64,000 bases of DNA, taken from NCBI GenBank assembly GCA_051362555.1, contig CM120644.1, positions 22,838,534-22,902,533 on the forward strand, written 5' to 3'. Source of the DNA: Lingula anatina. Taxonomy: Eukaryota; Animalia; Brachiopoda. Under the pieces are notes generated by a model. The model searched no databases and was not told where the DNA came from. It saw only the letters and a list, made by a program, of their open reading frames with translations. Below, piece by piece: positions 12,160 to 25,468 of this stretch (its first letter is position 1; each line of letters opens with the position of its first letter). The position numbers and the translations under genes were made by a program.

Positions 12160-14414
12160 CAAGAAGTTATAATGAGAAGGAGTAGAAACAAGGGGTTTCC
12201 TTTCATCCTATCCTCGTAACGGGCTTAATCCTAATAATTACCCAGCTTGTGGTCTTAGGGAGAGCTTGTGCCTAATACATATTCAAAAGACCATTCACGT
12301 GGGTTGCTTCAGCCAATTGGGATAAAGCCTCGCGAAGTCTCTAATAATCTCACAGAGAAAACATGGTGGGATTACAGAAAGGTGTAGAGAGAGAGATTTC
12401 AAGCCTGGATGCAACCATTTCGGGAAATAAAACTCAAATTATGCAAGATACACCTTCATTTGATCTAGAGCCGATCAGTTATACAAAATTTAGTTTCACA
12501 TCAAGAATGTATGAGAACAATTTCACAAACCCACCTTCAACGCTAAAATTTGCACCTGTAGAAGTCTCATATTTATTTTAAATTATTTTTGTCGTGTAAA
12601 GGCGTGTAAAGGAAATTTACCTTCATCTAGGAATGACACATTCAATTCACAGCCGTGTACACAAAACAGTAGTACTTGCAATTTCCGTATGCCAGCCTCG
12701 TTTCTTTCTTTTTTGGCACATTATTGCTTATATACCAGGTAGAGCTTAAACAGGAAAATTGGGGAAATGTAAATAAGTTATTGCACTTAGTATGATTCTA
12801 AATGAAATTTCATCAATACATATTTTTGTTTATATCTTTGTCTATTACATGAGGCCAACTAATAGTAGACTGATAGTTTAAATTCATTAGAAGAAAAAAA
12901 CAAAGAAATATTTTTATTGATTGATATTGCTTTATTTCAACATTCGAGCAACTTGTATATTATCTAAAACAAAGTACCAGCAATGAAAATATATCAATAT
13001 TGTTACACCCAACAGTGATTAAAGCAATACAAAAATGGTTAGTTTTTATTTTGATGTGGTGATTATTTTATTTTATACTTTAGACAATTAGCCAGTGAAC
13101 ACTAAATTCCCTTTTAAAACTTGGACCACTAAATTCCCTTTTAAAACTTGCACCTCTTGTGCACTATAGTTTAATATTAGTGGTGGTAAGAAAACAGAGC
13201 CTTGTGCCTCATCAAGTTGCTGCTGGAAACAATCATTTTGACTGTTCAATTATGGCTACATGTACATCTGCCAGCAAAACTAAAGATCTTTCACCTGCAT
13301 TCTCTTCAACCTGAAATGAGTAAGTGCGGAATTCATTACAAAATATAACTCTATATCCTAAACGAAACTCTGCAAACATCATATTGCAATGAAAAATTGA
13401 AAAAAATTCCGAGAGTTCCCTGTCATCAAATTTTGGACCCACCATTTTGAAAAAGTCCCATGAAAAGTTGTTTATTTGAAATGATGTTTTCCATCTAAAG
13501 GATTGATTCATTTAATATCACAATGTTATATTGTAACGGTGCACGTGCTTAACTAACCAGAAAAACATAAATTATGTGCTTACACCACGTTAAAATTAGC
13601 AAAAATTGTCCCAAACTGTCACCCAACTGTCTCTAACCAATTTAGGGACCCGCCATTTTGAAAAAGTCGGATGAAAAGTTGTCTATTTGAAACGATGTTT
13701 TTCATCTAAAGGATTGACTCATTTAATATCACTATGATGTATTGTAATGGTGCACGTGCTTAACTAACCAGAAAAACATAAATTATCTGCATACACCACG
13801 TTTAAATTACCAAAAATTGTCCCAAACTGTCACCCAACTGTCTCTAACCAATTTAGGGACCCGCCATTTTGAAAAAATAGGATGAAAAGTTGTCTATTTG
13901 AAACGATGTTTTTCATCTAAAGGATTGACTCATTTAATACTAAAGGGATGTATTGTAATGATGCACGTGCTTAACTAACCAGAAAAACATAAATTATGTG
14001 CATACATCACGCACTTAAGAAGAAAAAAGTCCTAAACATGGAGGTCCCGCTGAATCGGCCTCAGATCTTCGAACTAACGCTGCTTTCTGCACTGACAAAT
14101 TTGACTGACAGCCACCGTATGAACATAAAACAATGCTCAAAGCAGATTATCAACTCTCACTCACCTTTATATCGCTCGACTTGGCGTTTTTCTAAGTATA
14201 ACTTCCAAATATTCGCATTAAACATGAATAAATCAAGACGTATACGCACTGGTTCAGCTTCCCCGTCTTGAGTCACGCGGAGGCGAGCGGAGGATTAGAC
14301 CAGTTACGAGGATCGAATTTCAAAGGACGCCGCTTTGAAAAGAATGCTGCGATCTGATTGGACGAGAGAGATAATTGATGTCCCGTTTCTACTCCTTCTC
14401 ATTATAACTTCTTG
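12160..14414. mobile_element. Non-autonomous P-superfamily-like DNA transposon
   Basis: Perfect 30-bp TIRs CAAGAAGTTATAATGAGAAGGAGTAGAAAC and a 7-bp TSD cccgatg (12153-12159, 14415-14421). Subterminal inverted repeat atcctcgtaac..taatcct. No transposase ORF. CA..TG ends with a 7-8 bp TSD are typical of P elements. Confidence 0.8.
13435..14010. repeat. Tandem repeat, 211-bp unit, ~2.7 copies
   Basis: The unit start ggaccc(a/g)ccattttgaaaaa recurs at 13435, 13646 and 13857. Confidence 0.9.
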
Positions 14415-16651
14415 CCCGATGTAAGCTTTCATAACTAATTTCTCTTTGACTGTACAGGGGTATATTGTAATTACCCCACTTGGTCGCCTCCATTGTCTTG
14501 TAACAGTGACAAAGAATGTGTTTTCACACGCTAGTTTACATAACTCCTTTACCTTGTGTCTTTATCAAGGTTATAATCAGTTTGAATAAGTTGTCTTGCC
14601 TCACTTAAAAAGGGAGTTGTTCTTCACACTGGTTGTTGCCTAACTTATGCTAACCTACTTTGTACAATTATGGTTTTAATACATCGCCAAAATTATGACA
14701 CTAGTGAACATTGTGTATCAAACGTTTTGATACGATTAAATAAATGTGCAGGAAGGATTACGGAATGAGTTACTATTTACCCCCCCCCCCACGCGCCCCC
14801 CAAAAATGCTCTTTTGATTTCGAAATGAATTTGTTTTTAACGCAAAGAAGTCCAAAACCCCTTTCACGACTCGGTCATTGTACAGCATGTTGTAATCGAT
14901 ATTTAAAAAAGTTAATTTTTGTACCCCGCCTTTCAGTGTTTATTGTGGTGCTTGCTTTCGTCGGGTACACTACCTGTTGAGGTTACAATTACGTCGCTAG
15001 CCTATCTCCATAGGTTACTGGAATATATCTAAGTACACGTAAAGCTTTGTAAAGTCTCTTTTGTCACACATCATAGTTATTGAATTTTGTCTTGAATGAA
15101 AAAATACCCTCAAATTATCGTTTTGTGCTTAAACATTTCATAACTTGGACCGAAGTTTGATATACAGTGTACTGTAGCTACAATGGCATTCCTCAAGTTG
15201 GGTCTGCTGGGGGAGGGGGGCATTTAAATGGTAAACGAAGAAGTCCACCTGTAAACAGCAGGGGTTTAAATGATCGCTATCTCGGTTCCTTTTTCTTTGA
15301 CAGCATCATAGAAAATGTTAAGGGAGAAAGTCACACATACCCACGGCGTTGTTTTGTCTTCAGCATTTCCTCCTTCTTGCTTACTGCAATTATTATCGTC
15401 AATTAATAAAACCGAGAAAGCAATTAAATGATGGCACATTGAATATAATCACTAGGTGCATTTCGCTGAGTGTTTACAAGATCTAGCGAAACGTTTTATT
15501 TCAAAATAAATTTATATGTGATTTTACCTCTGTCGTGTGTGTTATTTCAAACAAAACGATTTCCTGAAAGACCAACTTTAAAATGTATGTCTATTCAGCA
15601 AAATAATGTAATTAAATACAACTATGAGTAATGTATTTAAACTACGGCCGTATATGCGATGGCCGTGTGGGATTATAATTGCATACCTTGATGCAAAACA
15701 GTCGATCGTTTCTTCCACCGCGAGTCCCTTTAATTAATGTATTATATTACTCTTTACCCTTTTTATTTGACACTGTCTCCGTTTCTCTCCCCTTTTCCTT
15801 TCTCTTGTAAGAAGGAGGGCAAATAATTAAGCATTCGAAATATGCATCACCAATCTTCAGAAAAGAATAAATTAAGTAACAGCTTTCACAGATTTAACTG
15901 CATTTAGCTGTATAGCGTCACTATATACATAATCCGCTGCACGCGCGAAGCTGTTGAACAAAAGGATAGTTCTCTATGGAAGACCTTTTGTTTACATAAG
16001 TACTCTAAGGGGGCGTGCCTACCCAGGCGACAAGAGGATAAGGCTAGTCACTATATTCCGTCAAAATCGTTTAGCGACCCTATCATTATCACACTCCCTC
16101 TATTGTATTTTCTGACGTTATAATTGTATCTAATCTTCTTACGTTAGATGGAATAAATGCACACATACATAATCTTATGACTGTACAAGGCATATTCACC
16201 AAACGCATTTTACATGCTGTTATATACATAGGTGATACGTTTGAAAAGTCTACAATCAATAATTTATTCCTTGTAAAATATTTTGGGGAGTTTTCCTTGT
16301 CAAACATTCAACCGAAGCACAGACATAATAACATCTGTAAACTGACCTTTTCAAAAGTACACTGTACATCATGCTTAATGCTAGCTACGTCTTTTGAATG
16401 ACCTTATGACCGATCGTAATATCACCACGTAAACTAGACAAAACTGTACTTTAACTTGTCTGAATAACAAAGTGTAAAGAACCTCTTAGATGGGGTGATT
16501 TTCTTCCTTCTGTAACATTTAACTGATGTTAGAAAAGGAAAAAAAAAAACATCGCCTATCTCTAACAACGACAAGCTGAGCCTCTTTGTTATAAAGTGAA
16601 AGTTCCTCTGATGTCAGGTACGTGATAATTGACGTAAGGTTTGATTTTGAA

Positions 16652-18152
16652 TTAAATCATCCTTTGCATTGCGGGTGACAAAGTACTCTTTTCGCAGAAT
16701 GTACAAATACATGTAAAAATCCCGTCATAAAATGAATTGTAAATGTTAATGGTGTATGTTATAATTATACTTCTTGTGCATAACTTACAAAGTGGATTTC
16801 CTACGTTATTTCTACTATGCCTTCCGTTAGCTAGTGGCATTAACTTTGCGTGTACACATCTTATGTCATTTGAAGGTATAACGTTTCCTAAAACGAATAG
16901 AATTAATGTCCTTGCTTTATACCGTTTCTGAGCTGCTTCCCTGTTCTGGATGTCCTTCAATTATTCAACGTACTGATGTAGATTATTATTTCCATAAAAT
17001 TCAGTGATTAAATCACTATCTAATGGTGTACGCATTTCTCGTCCAAAAATTAAATTACAGGGAGAAAACTGTGTAGACTGAGTACTAGGAGTCGTGCGTA
17101 ATGCCATCATTACTCCTGGAAGCATATCAGGCCAATAAGCTTGATCTGTATCACAATATGCCCACCGTTTTGCGCAATTATTGCTGAAGCATCTCTACGT
17201 CTCTACATCTCTACGTACCTTTTGACACACTTCACATGAATTTACGTACTCAATGACATCTTTATAAAGTGACTTCCAAAATACTTATTCCCAATGGAGG
17301 CAAATGTTCTATCACCACCCTGATGACCACCGGCTGTTGATGAATCATGCTATGCATGTAAAATATCACTTGATAATTGTCATATTATTCGCATCTTTTC
17401 TGGCATTCCCCGTGTACGAGGTCGATACATATGATACAAGACATCATCTATCATTACATATTTTTCTGATTCTACAATGATTTACGCGCTTGTTTTAAGT
17501 CACTAGGTAAACTTTTTTTTTCTATGTAACGTATTATTCTTGAAACTCAGGGCATTCACGTTGGTCTTGTTTTAACCTCTCTTTATCGTTTACATTTGTA
17601 ACATCACTGTTCATGTAATCATATTGACTTAACTTATGTTCAATATTTTTATCTGTTTGTTTTGGTAGGAAAAGTTTAGCTTGGGTCCAATGTTTATCTT
17701 GACACATGCCAATATCATCCGCGCCTGAGTGACTATCGTTGCTAACAGTATCCAAAACGTGTACTGGTTCATATTCTCGTTTCGAAAGTGCGTCGGCGGG
17801 TTTGGTTTTCCAGGTCTGTAAATTATTTCAAAATCTAGGCCTTGTAATTTAATGACCATCTGATAAGCCTGCAATCTGTATATTTAACATCTTGCACCCA
17901 AGAAATCGCTTTATTATCTGTATACACGTTGAAGTGGTTGTTGGACAAATATAATTCAAATTGCTTTATCCTTTCAACACTAGTTACTGCTAAACACACT
18001 AACTTATGAATTGTGTAGTTCTTTGCTGCGTTGTTTAAAGATATCCCTACATACCCAATAACCCTATCTTGATTGTTGTCATTCTTTTGACCTAAAATAT
18101 AAACTATAGCGGAAGTGGATGCGTCCGTCGTTAATGTTAACTCGAGCGACAC
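16652..18152 (-). mobile_element. Ty3/Gypsy LTR-retrotransposon pol remnant (RNase H-integrase), degraded
   Basis: RNase H LTTDAS..AI.YILGQ...KNYTI..L.CLAV..FELYLSNNHFNVYTDNKAI..RLIRWSL, then FEIIYRPGK. Integrase zinc-finger region GHQGGDRT and core WPDMLPGVMMALRTTP..STQFSP. Many stops and frameshifts. A possible PPT and LTR start near 16093-16100 is less certain. Confidence 0.85.
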
Positions 18153-18547
18153 ATCTGTCTGTTATATCTCCACCAAGATGTCATGCATGCAGAAACACAC
18201 AGAAAACCACTTGTTCATGCATAAAACCAACTATGATTAATAAGTTAATGTTTATGCTGACAAAGGATGATGAAAACTGTTCTCTCCACGCCGTCTACTG
18301 TCCAGCGAGCGAAAAGAGTCGGTGAAAGGGGTCAGCCAAACACTTGCCCCCCCCGGTAATTTGACTTTGATTGTTGAGTCAGATTGACTCCATGAGAGCC
18401 AGGGAGTGATTGACTATGATAAGAGAGTAAAGACTCTGGTAGTGGGGTTATTTGACCCTTATATAGGAGTCAAATTAACTCCATGAGGGTCAAGTGGTGC
18501 TGGACTCTGACTAGAGAGTCAAATGGCTTCAATTTTATTCTCAGTGG

Positions 18548-18608
18548 ACGTAGAAATTCCAGCGTTTCATCCTCATCCCAAGGACATCTTCAAGGAACTG
18601 TCACTACG
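18548..18608 (-). ncRNA. Degenerate type I hammerhead motif in an inverted Penelope pLTR
   Basis: Minus strand reads cgtag..gttcc TTGAAGA t gtcct-tgggatg-aggat GAAA cgct ggaat..ctacg. Stems I and II pair; the NUH triplet is mutated. Confidence 0.55.
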
Positions 18609-18663
18609 GGTGACACTGCTGGTAGTATTGCAGTTATTAGCCTACGTGACAGTCGGCGCCGAA

Positions 18664-18872
18664 GGAATCAAAATGACTTTTTTCAAGTTTATCAACAGGC
18701 TTAATAGTAACACTTTCACACAGGAGGAGTGCAAAGAATGACGCATTACCTTTTCTAGACTGTCTGGTAACCTTAATGAGAGACGTGAGTTCGATACCCA
18801 AGTATACCCTGAGAACACACACACGGGCCAGTTCCTCCATTTTACCTCCAATCATCCCTCATTCACAAGCTA
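18664..18872 (+). mobile_element. Penelope-like element reverse-transcriptase C-terminal fragment
   Basis: Frameshifted translation FFKFINRLN..FTQEECKE..ITFLDCLVTL..FDTQVY...THTGQFLHFTSNHP..HKLG matches the PLE motif FLD.LV...T.VYRK.THT.QYLHF.S.HP. Confidence 0.75.
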
Positions 18873-20572
18873 GGGGAGCATTCCCAGACCCTATCGTGCT
18901 GACTGTGGATCAATCTATTTCCAAGGGGATTCTTGCCAAATTGCAATCAATTTAAGCAGCTTAGATGTCTGTCACGCCTACTGAAGCTGATAGGGGGTGA
19001 TCAATTAACGATTTGAGGTGCAAAAAAATCGCAAAGGTAAAAAAAAATAATTGCAAAGTTGGTATCAATTCTGTGAGAAAATGCACTCATGGCCACTAGA
19101 CAATCATTCAACAATCTGTTTACAAAGGTGTACTGTTTATAACCAACTCAGTTCATGCCAAAAAGCTCACCCTCCCTTAGGGAGCTATCCCCCAGGCTGT
19201 TATCAGGTTATTGTTTACCCTGACTGTTTGCCCAACAAAGCTGTGAGGGCTGTTTTGAGCCTGCAGAGAACATGTTGCATGACCTTTATCAGTATGTGGG
19301 ATCAGTTTACATAGTGTTTAGCCTGGACATGATGTAAACTGACCCCACAGCCTGAGTCGGTCTGTTGCACAATAACAACAGTGTGTATGTGTTCACAGCA
19401 ATGCGACTATTAGACATCTTCAGAAAAGCACAGACTAGACTGAATGGAATCTAGGATTATTTCTTGATCTTTTAGAGTACAGATTATCTTTACTTTGTTG
19501 ATGATGACGACTCCATCGAGAAAAAGATCGAGTTCTCAACAGTCAATGTTACACTTTGTCACCAAAAAAGTTAGGTGAGACATTATTTATATACCGGTAC
19601 TCCTGAGATCTATAAATTTTGTAAACTAATGAACTAAATTGTAATCTTGAAAAATTAATTTGAACTGTAAAAATTATCTGCTCTTTTTGAGCGTATGAAT
19701 TATTTGGAATAATTTTACATATAGGTAGATACAGAGATATGGGTCCAGGGGATCTGTATCCCCCCTATTTTTTGTCCGAAATTACATTTTTCGTTAAAAA
19801 TTGCCAATTTTGAGGTTAGACGCCTACTTATTGTGCGGATCTACCTTTTCCGGGTGTCATTCAAGCGCTATAGAACTCTTAAAAGCTGGACCCCCCTTTC
19901 CAAACCCTGTATCTGCACTTGTTTAAATTTTGTATCTATTAGTTTGGGAAACGTTATTCCTGATCCTGAGACAATCTACGAAATGAAGTCCAATTGGCGT
20001 GTTGTGTTGAAAAAATGACTGTACTTATGGCAAAATGAACCCAAACCCCCTCCCATACCCTCCCCCCTCGGGGGGCTTTGCACCCTCGTGTCCACTTACT
20101 GCCTCCCCTGGCATTTTGTTCAGGCTACGGCCCTGGAATTTCTACGTCAGTGTCCAGTATTAGGGTGTACATTTTTTTGGCATCATTAAGTAACGCTTAA
20201 ATGCCACATCCATCTACTGAGTATACATACAAACTATTACGAAAATAGGGTAGTAAATTTTAAATTATATCCACGCCTTTTGGATTATGCGAGCAGGTTT
20301 TTAAGAATACAAAAATGTAAACAACATCTACAGTTCAGTTCATAAAAGACCTTGAACGACCGTCAAATTACGAAAATAAAAGCACGCTCACCACAACCAC
20401 GAGTTCAAAATATTAGCACGTGCCACCACCATCTTAACGCCCAAGATGATTGGCTGGATTTGAGAAGAAGGTAAAACCTGCGCAATTGGAGATTATATTA
20501 GCGATGTAATGTATCTTTGTAGTAACACGTAATCTAGAGATATTGCAAGTTACTGTAAAGTCTACCATCATC

Positions 20573-20977
20573 ATGTTGAGTTCAATACTCTTCATTTTGT
20601 TCACTGAACTGTGTTTTCTTGCTGTAACCTACGGCTGTTTCATCTTCAACGACGGGTGTAGAGATTACCACTGTTGTCAGGGAGACACGTGGCCTACAGT
20701 TGTCAACGGAATGTGCTGCGAGAAATGCACATGGAATCAGAACACGTATTCTCCAGGACAGTGGTTCTACCCGACTGGCGAGCCTAATCGACTTTGTATC
20801 TGCGTGAGATGCGGAAGAGTGTATTGTTCGGCGTCACAGTACCATCTTTGTAGTGCATCACGATATTCCAAGAACAAGTTGTGGTTCACGGGTTCATCCG
20901 TCGGTCCACTGTGTCGCTGTCGATCTGACACTACTGTTGCTTGTGGTGCTGCAGCATGTTCCTGGCTATCCAAGTAA
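20573..20977 (+). CDS. Secreted small cysteine-rich protein (134 aa, intronless) with two VWC-like Cys repeats
   Basis: ATG at 20573, hydrophobic signal peptide MLSSILFILFTELCFLAVTYG, and 16 Cys in the ~113-aa mature part. Two internal repeats of C..YS...WF.....LCxC....VxC. ATTGG/CCAAT-type motifs lie at 20449-20490 upstream. Confidence 0.75.
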   Translation: MLSSILFILFTELCFLAVTYGCFIFNDGCRDYHCCQGDTWPTVVNGMCCEKCTWNQNTYSPGQWFYPTGEPNRLCICVRCGRVYCSASQYHLCSASRYSKNKLWFTGSSVGPLCRCRSDTTVACGAAACSWLSK

Positions 20978-21071
20978 TGCTTCCTTGAACATAATTTTAA
21001 CAAGCACTTGAACCTACAGGGTACATAAGCCTGCCATATTAATAATACCACTAAAGTATGAGAGTCTTTAA

Positions 21072-21448
21072 AGATGCATACAAAGTCAATATTTTGTCAC
21101 AAAAACCAACCAAATGCCAGCATATAGTTTCAAGTAGTATAACTAAGAGAATTACCAAAAGGCATTGTTTAATTTTACCCGAAATTGATGTTTGAACAGG
21201 TTTTTCTGCTGGCATTCTAAGCTGTATGTCAATGGGGAAGGAAAGTAAATCACGGAAGTAGGTTAAATTTACAACCATAAATTTAAAAAAAGGAGCAGTC
21301 TAAAGGTCTTTTATGGCTAATCGAGTGATCTATTCAGTTTATCCCTTGGCATGTCAAATTTATTTGAGTCATATAAGAATGTAGTAGAAGTGGTTTACAT
21401 GTGTTACTAGGAATCCACGCTCCACCGATGCTCGGTTCGTATGTACCT
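21072..21448. mobile_element. Kolobok-like (TTAA) MITE, copy 1
   Basis: TTAA at both ends and imperfect TIR AG..RYATACRAA. The same 377-bp element occurs at 59140-59516. Confidence 0.75.
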
Positions 21449-24400
21449 TTAAATGTATGGACATAAGTTTTGCCTGCATTTTTTTTAAACATAAATGTTA
21501 ATTGTTTGATATGTTTTATTTGAAATATAGAATTGAGCCAAGAGAAGATGGACTGCAGGCCACGCTGTCCCCTGATGCTGCACCGCAGGCGTCATAGGGA
21601 GAAACTGAAGGAACGGACACGGGAGAATCTGTGTTCTGGCTCTGTTCTCACTAGACCACATTTTAAAATTATTTAGAGGACAATAGTATGAATACACCGG
21701 AACTATGATATTATATATTGAACTATGCATTGCTGTTAATACATCATGTATTTTGATCGATTCCTTTGACTGGTGTCGATAGAATTATCTGCTTTTCTTC
21801 CATTTTCACGTGTAAAGCTATTATTAGAATACCTTTAATGTTATGAAGAAAAAAATGTCCAACTCACTCACGGCCAATAAATGTGTGGATTGAGCAATCA
21901 AGTTTTATGACCATCGTTTTTTCCAAACGCGATGTAACGTTAATGTACTCTATAAAATATAAAACTGCGTTCAGCCTAATAATATGACTAGGCTTTCTTG
22001 GTCACGTGCTGTCAAAGCCTCTGTTGCAACACTTCAAGAATGTATTTTTGCTTATTTTTCTTCAAGATTCACGACAATACTAATGCAACTGGGAGGGAGA
22101 CCTCGTTTAGTTGTGTTTCGTTTCGCTGGTGACACTTTTCTCAATCCACTCATTAAATGATTTTTTGTTTTTGTTTTGGAGGGGGGAGGGGTACTTCCAA
22201 AGAAAAGGTGGTACATGCCCACTGTGGATACCTCCGATCCCTACCGCGTTTTGACGTTTAAATCAACCATTGCTTGTTAAATATTAATACAGCGAAAAAG
22301 TCGTAGAATGCAATGACTCCAACCAATCGAGACATCAAGTAGGAGGAAATAAATAGAAAATGTATTCCTTGTGTCTTTAGGAGAGGAATTTAGTATTAAA
22401 AAAATAATAAAAATAAAATTTCTGAACTGCTCGTTGCCACTAATTAGGTCATCTGTGGTTCAGCTTGAACCACATGGACTAGAGCAATAAATGGGGATAA
22501 CAAGGTTGGCTGAAAATACAGTGCAACCGTCAGGAGAAAAGCACATTATGAACATCATGGAGTGTTATATCTGTAATAATCCTGGATCCGCCCCTGGGTG
22601 TCAGAGGACTTTTTTTAAATACCTTACTCGACGAGATGAATCCTTTGACATAAAAAAGTTGCGACAATTTCGGTCAGAGAGAAGTCGGTGGTCGAGTCAT
22701 TTTTTCTCGACACCCGACACTTTCTCCTGACGACAATGTCATGTCAGATGACACTGCAACGCTGTCATCTACGAGTTTTGCCATTCTTCTAGCTAGAAGT
22801 CAAAATGGTTGATTTTATGTTGGAGTGACCCCACATGAAGTATGTTCATGTGTTTACGCAATTCACGGTGCTCTTCAGGGGAAGCAAGGCAAGCATGCAT
22901 TATATGTTTGAGACATATTATACAATTATAGCGCAATTCATGACGTTCTAAGGTATTAAGATGTAGCACTGGCGGCAAACCCGTTTTTGTCAGCTTGCTG
23001 AATTATTTATTGGAAGCTATTACATAATTCTACTCGGCAGTTCTGTAAAATTAGTTTTATGGATGAATGGGATAATTAAGGATATTTTTTTTGTTACATT
23101 TCTCACGATGATATGAATGTCAAGTCAAACATTTGAAGAATCACTGAACTGTCGACGGTCACATTATATCTAACTGATTTTTGCTTCACAGATAATATAC
23201 ATAGAACAGTATAGTACCACTGTATGCTGTATTATATTACACCAGCATCAAGCTTCAGATCAATTTCTCCCTGACCACAGCTATGGAAACCTAGTAACAG
23301 CTAGCTCATATGATTTTATACGGCACTATACAGATCTATTCTATTTCATCTATTATGAATCTACAACAAAGAGTTATTCATGGTTACAGAGAAAACATGA
23401 AATGGAATGTACAAAATGGCTACGAGGGTGGTGTGAGGCAGAACAAATTTGACACGACTTGCAATCACCATGGAGGTTATTTTTTCTGTGTGACAATAGA
23501 CAAACTCTGGGAATAAGTGATTATAATGAAGAAATCTATATGTGAAAATCAAGTGGAGGGAAGCAGACTAGTTAACAAACAAGTTAACAAATTTTATTTG
23601 GTCGCGTTTTAGATTATGGCTGACGACTGGTTGAAGGACTGTTGAAACGAACTTACATATGACATTGAAAAGTGCAGTGACCATTCGAGTAGCTTAGGAA
23701 ATAATGACAAACACATAACTATCATCCATAAGGTGACAGGAAATCAAGTTTGTTCAGTATGCGCTGGATAATATGGAGTAGTTAACGCTGAGATACAAGG
23801 ATTATGATGGCAAATAAAGGAACTATGAGTAGAAATGTAATAGATGAGGGTGCTCGTGTCGAACAGGAGAATGAAATGACGATTGAAGACCAAAAACCCA
23901 CCAGAGGTAAGGCAAAGAAAATATGATTGAATACAAGGCGTGATTATGGATTTAAATATACAACTGGTTATCTCTCTCTCTCTCCCTAAATGTCTTGTCC
24001 TAAAGGACGTTCACTAACATAGCCCTCCACCACTTCCGTTCTTTATTGCAGCACAAATATTAATCCCATGCGTCTTTCTTCACCACTGAACAACATTTAT
24101 CAGCAGGGAGTCCCGCTCTATCTGGAAAAACGGTCTTTATGAATCAAAAAGAGAAATAAAAGCTCAAAATGTTGCATTCACGTCAAGGTAGCCTCATAAC
24201 AGAGTGGTTCTTGAACGATTATTTTCTTTAACTTACTTGCTACTTTTTATCCATTTTCATGACATTGAACGGCATTGTGTCACAATGAATGAGAACACCT
24301 TCAGTTTCTTAAAATATTTAGCACTAATAATCATGAATCATAAATTCTGCGTCAATTTTACAAGCTACCGATCCAGTGATAATGTGCAATTTTCTTTAGC

Positions 24401-24473
24401 GCAGGTGAACTTGCATCGCCGTATTTGGTCCTTCATTTTAGTCAACCATTTTATCTCCTAACAAAAACGTGAC

Positions 24474-24480
24474 CGTCCCT

Positions 24481-24535
<55 letters not shown>
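24474..24535 (-). pseudogene. 5'-truncated tRNA-Asn(GTT)
   Basis: Minus strand CAATCGGTTAGCGCGTTCGGCT-GTT-AACCGAAAGGTTGGTGGTTCAAGCCCACCCAGGGACG matches metazoan tRNA-Asn from about position 13 on. A T5 terminator follows. The first 12 nt (5' acceptor strand) are absent. Confidence 0.85.
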
Positions 24536-24859
24536 GGGAACGATTGGGGAACGTTCGACTGTCTTTAGGGGTAAAAGGGGGAAAAGAAGGGGGGAAAGAG
24601 AGGAAGGAAGGAAGAAAGGAGGAAAAGAAAAGGAAAGAAGAAAAAAAGGAAAAGAGAGAGAAGAAAAAGAAAAAAGAGAGAAGGAAAAAGAAAAAAGAGA
24701 AGAAAAAAGGAAAAAAGAAAGAGGAAAAAACTGGGAAAGAAAAAAAGTTGAAAGATAGATACGTGAGGTTGATTTAATAGTAAATTTGGCCATTCCATAT
24801 TAAGTTTAACAAATTAAAAGAAATAAACAGCAATATTAAAATACAAATATTGTTTATTC

Positions 24860-25432
24860 AAAAGCCAAAAATATTCAAAATTGTTTTCACAAAAGTTCTA
24901 AAAAAAACGAAAAATATGATTGTAAATTGTTCAAAAGTAACAATGTTCCACAAGCATCTGGTATAAAATCACATGAAGTAAATGTATCCCTTATCCAGGT
25001 ATTTTGTATCAAAATTGCTAGTATTGTAACTTGATGAACTTTTTACTCAATAAATGTTTTTCCTTTCCTGTAACTGTAGCTATTTTATACAAAGTTAAAC
25101 AAATATTTAAAAAAATGAAAAAAAATCCAAAAAAAAATTAAATATAAAGTTACAAAATACTTATTGATTTTGTTCTACATCCTACAATAAAATAACAGTA
25201 AAAAACTAGGTATTCAGAAGGGTGCTTTTACAAAAGTTTTACATGATAGTAAATTGTTCAAAAATGTCAAGCGTCTTTTCTGCAAGCGAGCATATATCAT
25301 GAAATAAATGATTCCCTTATCTGAATCTTTTGTAACAAAAAATAAAGTAATCATATCTTATCAAATTCTATTATACAATTTGTGCTTCTAACACCAAATT
25401 AACAACACAAATTGTTAAAGCCATTGTGCATG

Positions 25433-25468
<36 letters not shown>

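Noticed and set aside
13435-14010. CRISPR-like array
   Set aside because: These are contiguous 211-bp tandem units with no unique spacers, in a eukaryotic context with no cas genes.
20636-20660. Mature N-terminus CFIFNDGC resembles oxytocin/conopressin (CFIRNCPxG)
   Set aside because: There is no Cys6-Pro-x-Gly-GKR and no neurophysin Cys pattern.
21051-21278. Duplicated [16 protein letters not shown].. (also 59005-59346)
   Set aside because: Both lie largely within copies of the same 377-bp TTAA MITE and are not genes.
23310-23930. Coding-like composition
   Set aside because: Multiple stops and no recognisable motif.
24509-24798. K/E-rich and F/L/S-rich ORFs
   Set aside because: They are translations of a purine-rich low-complexity tract.
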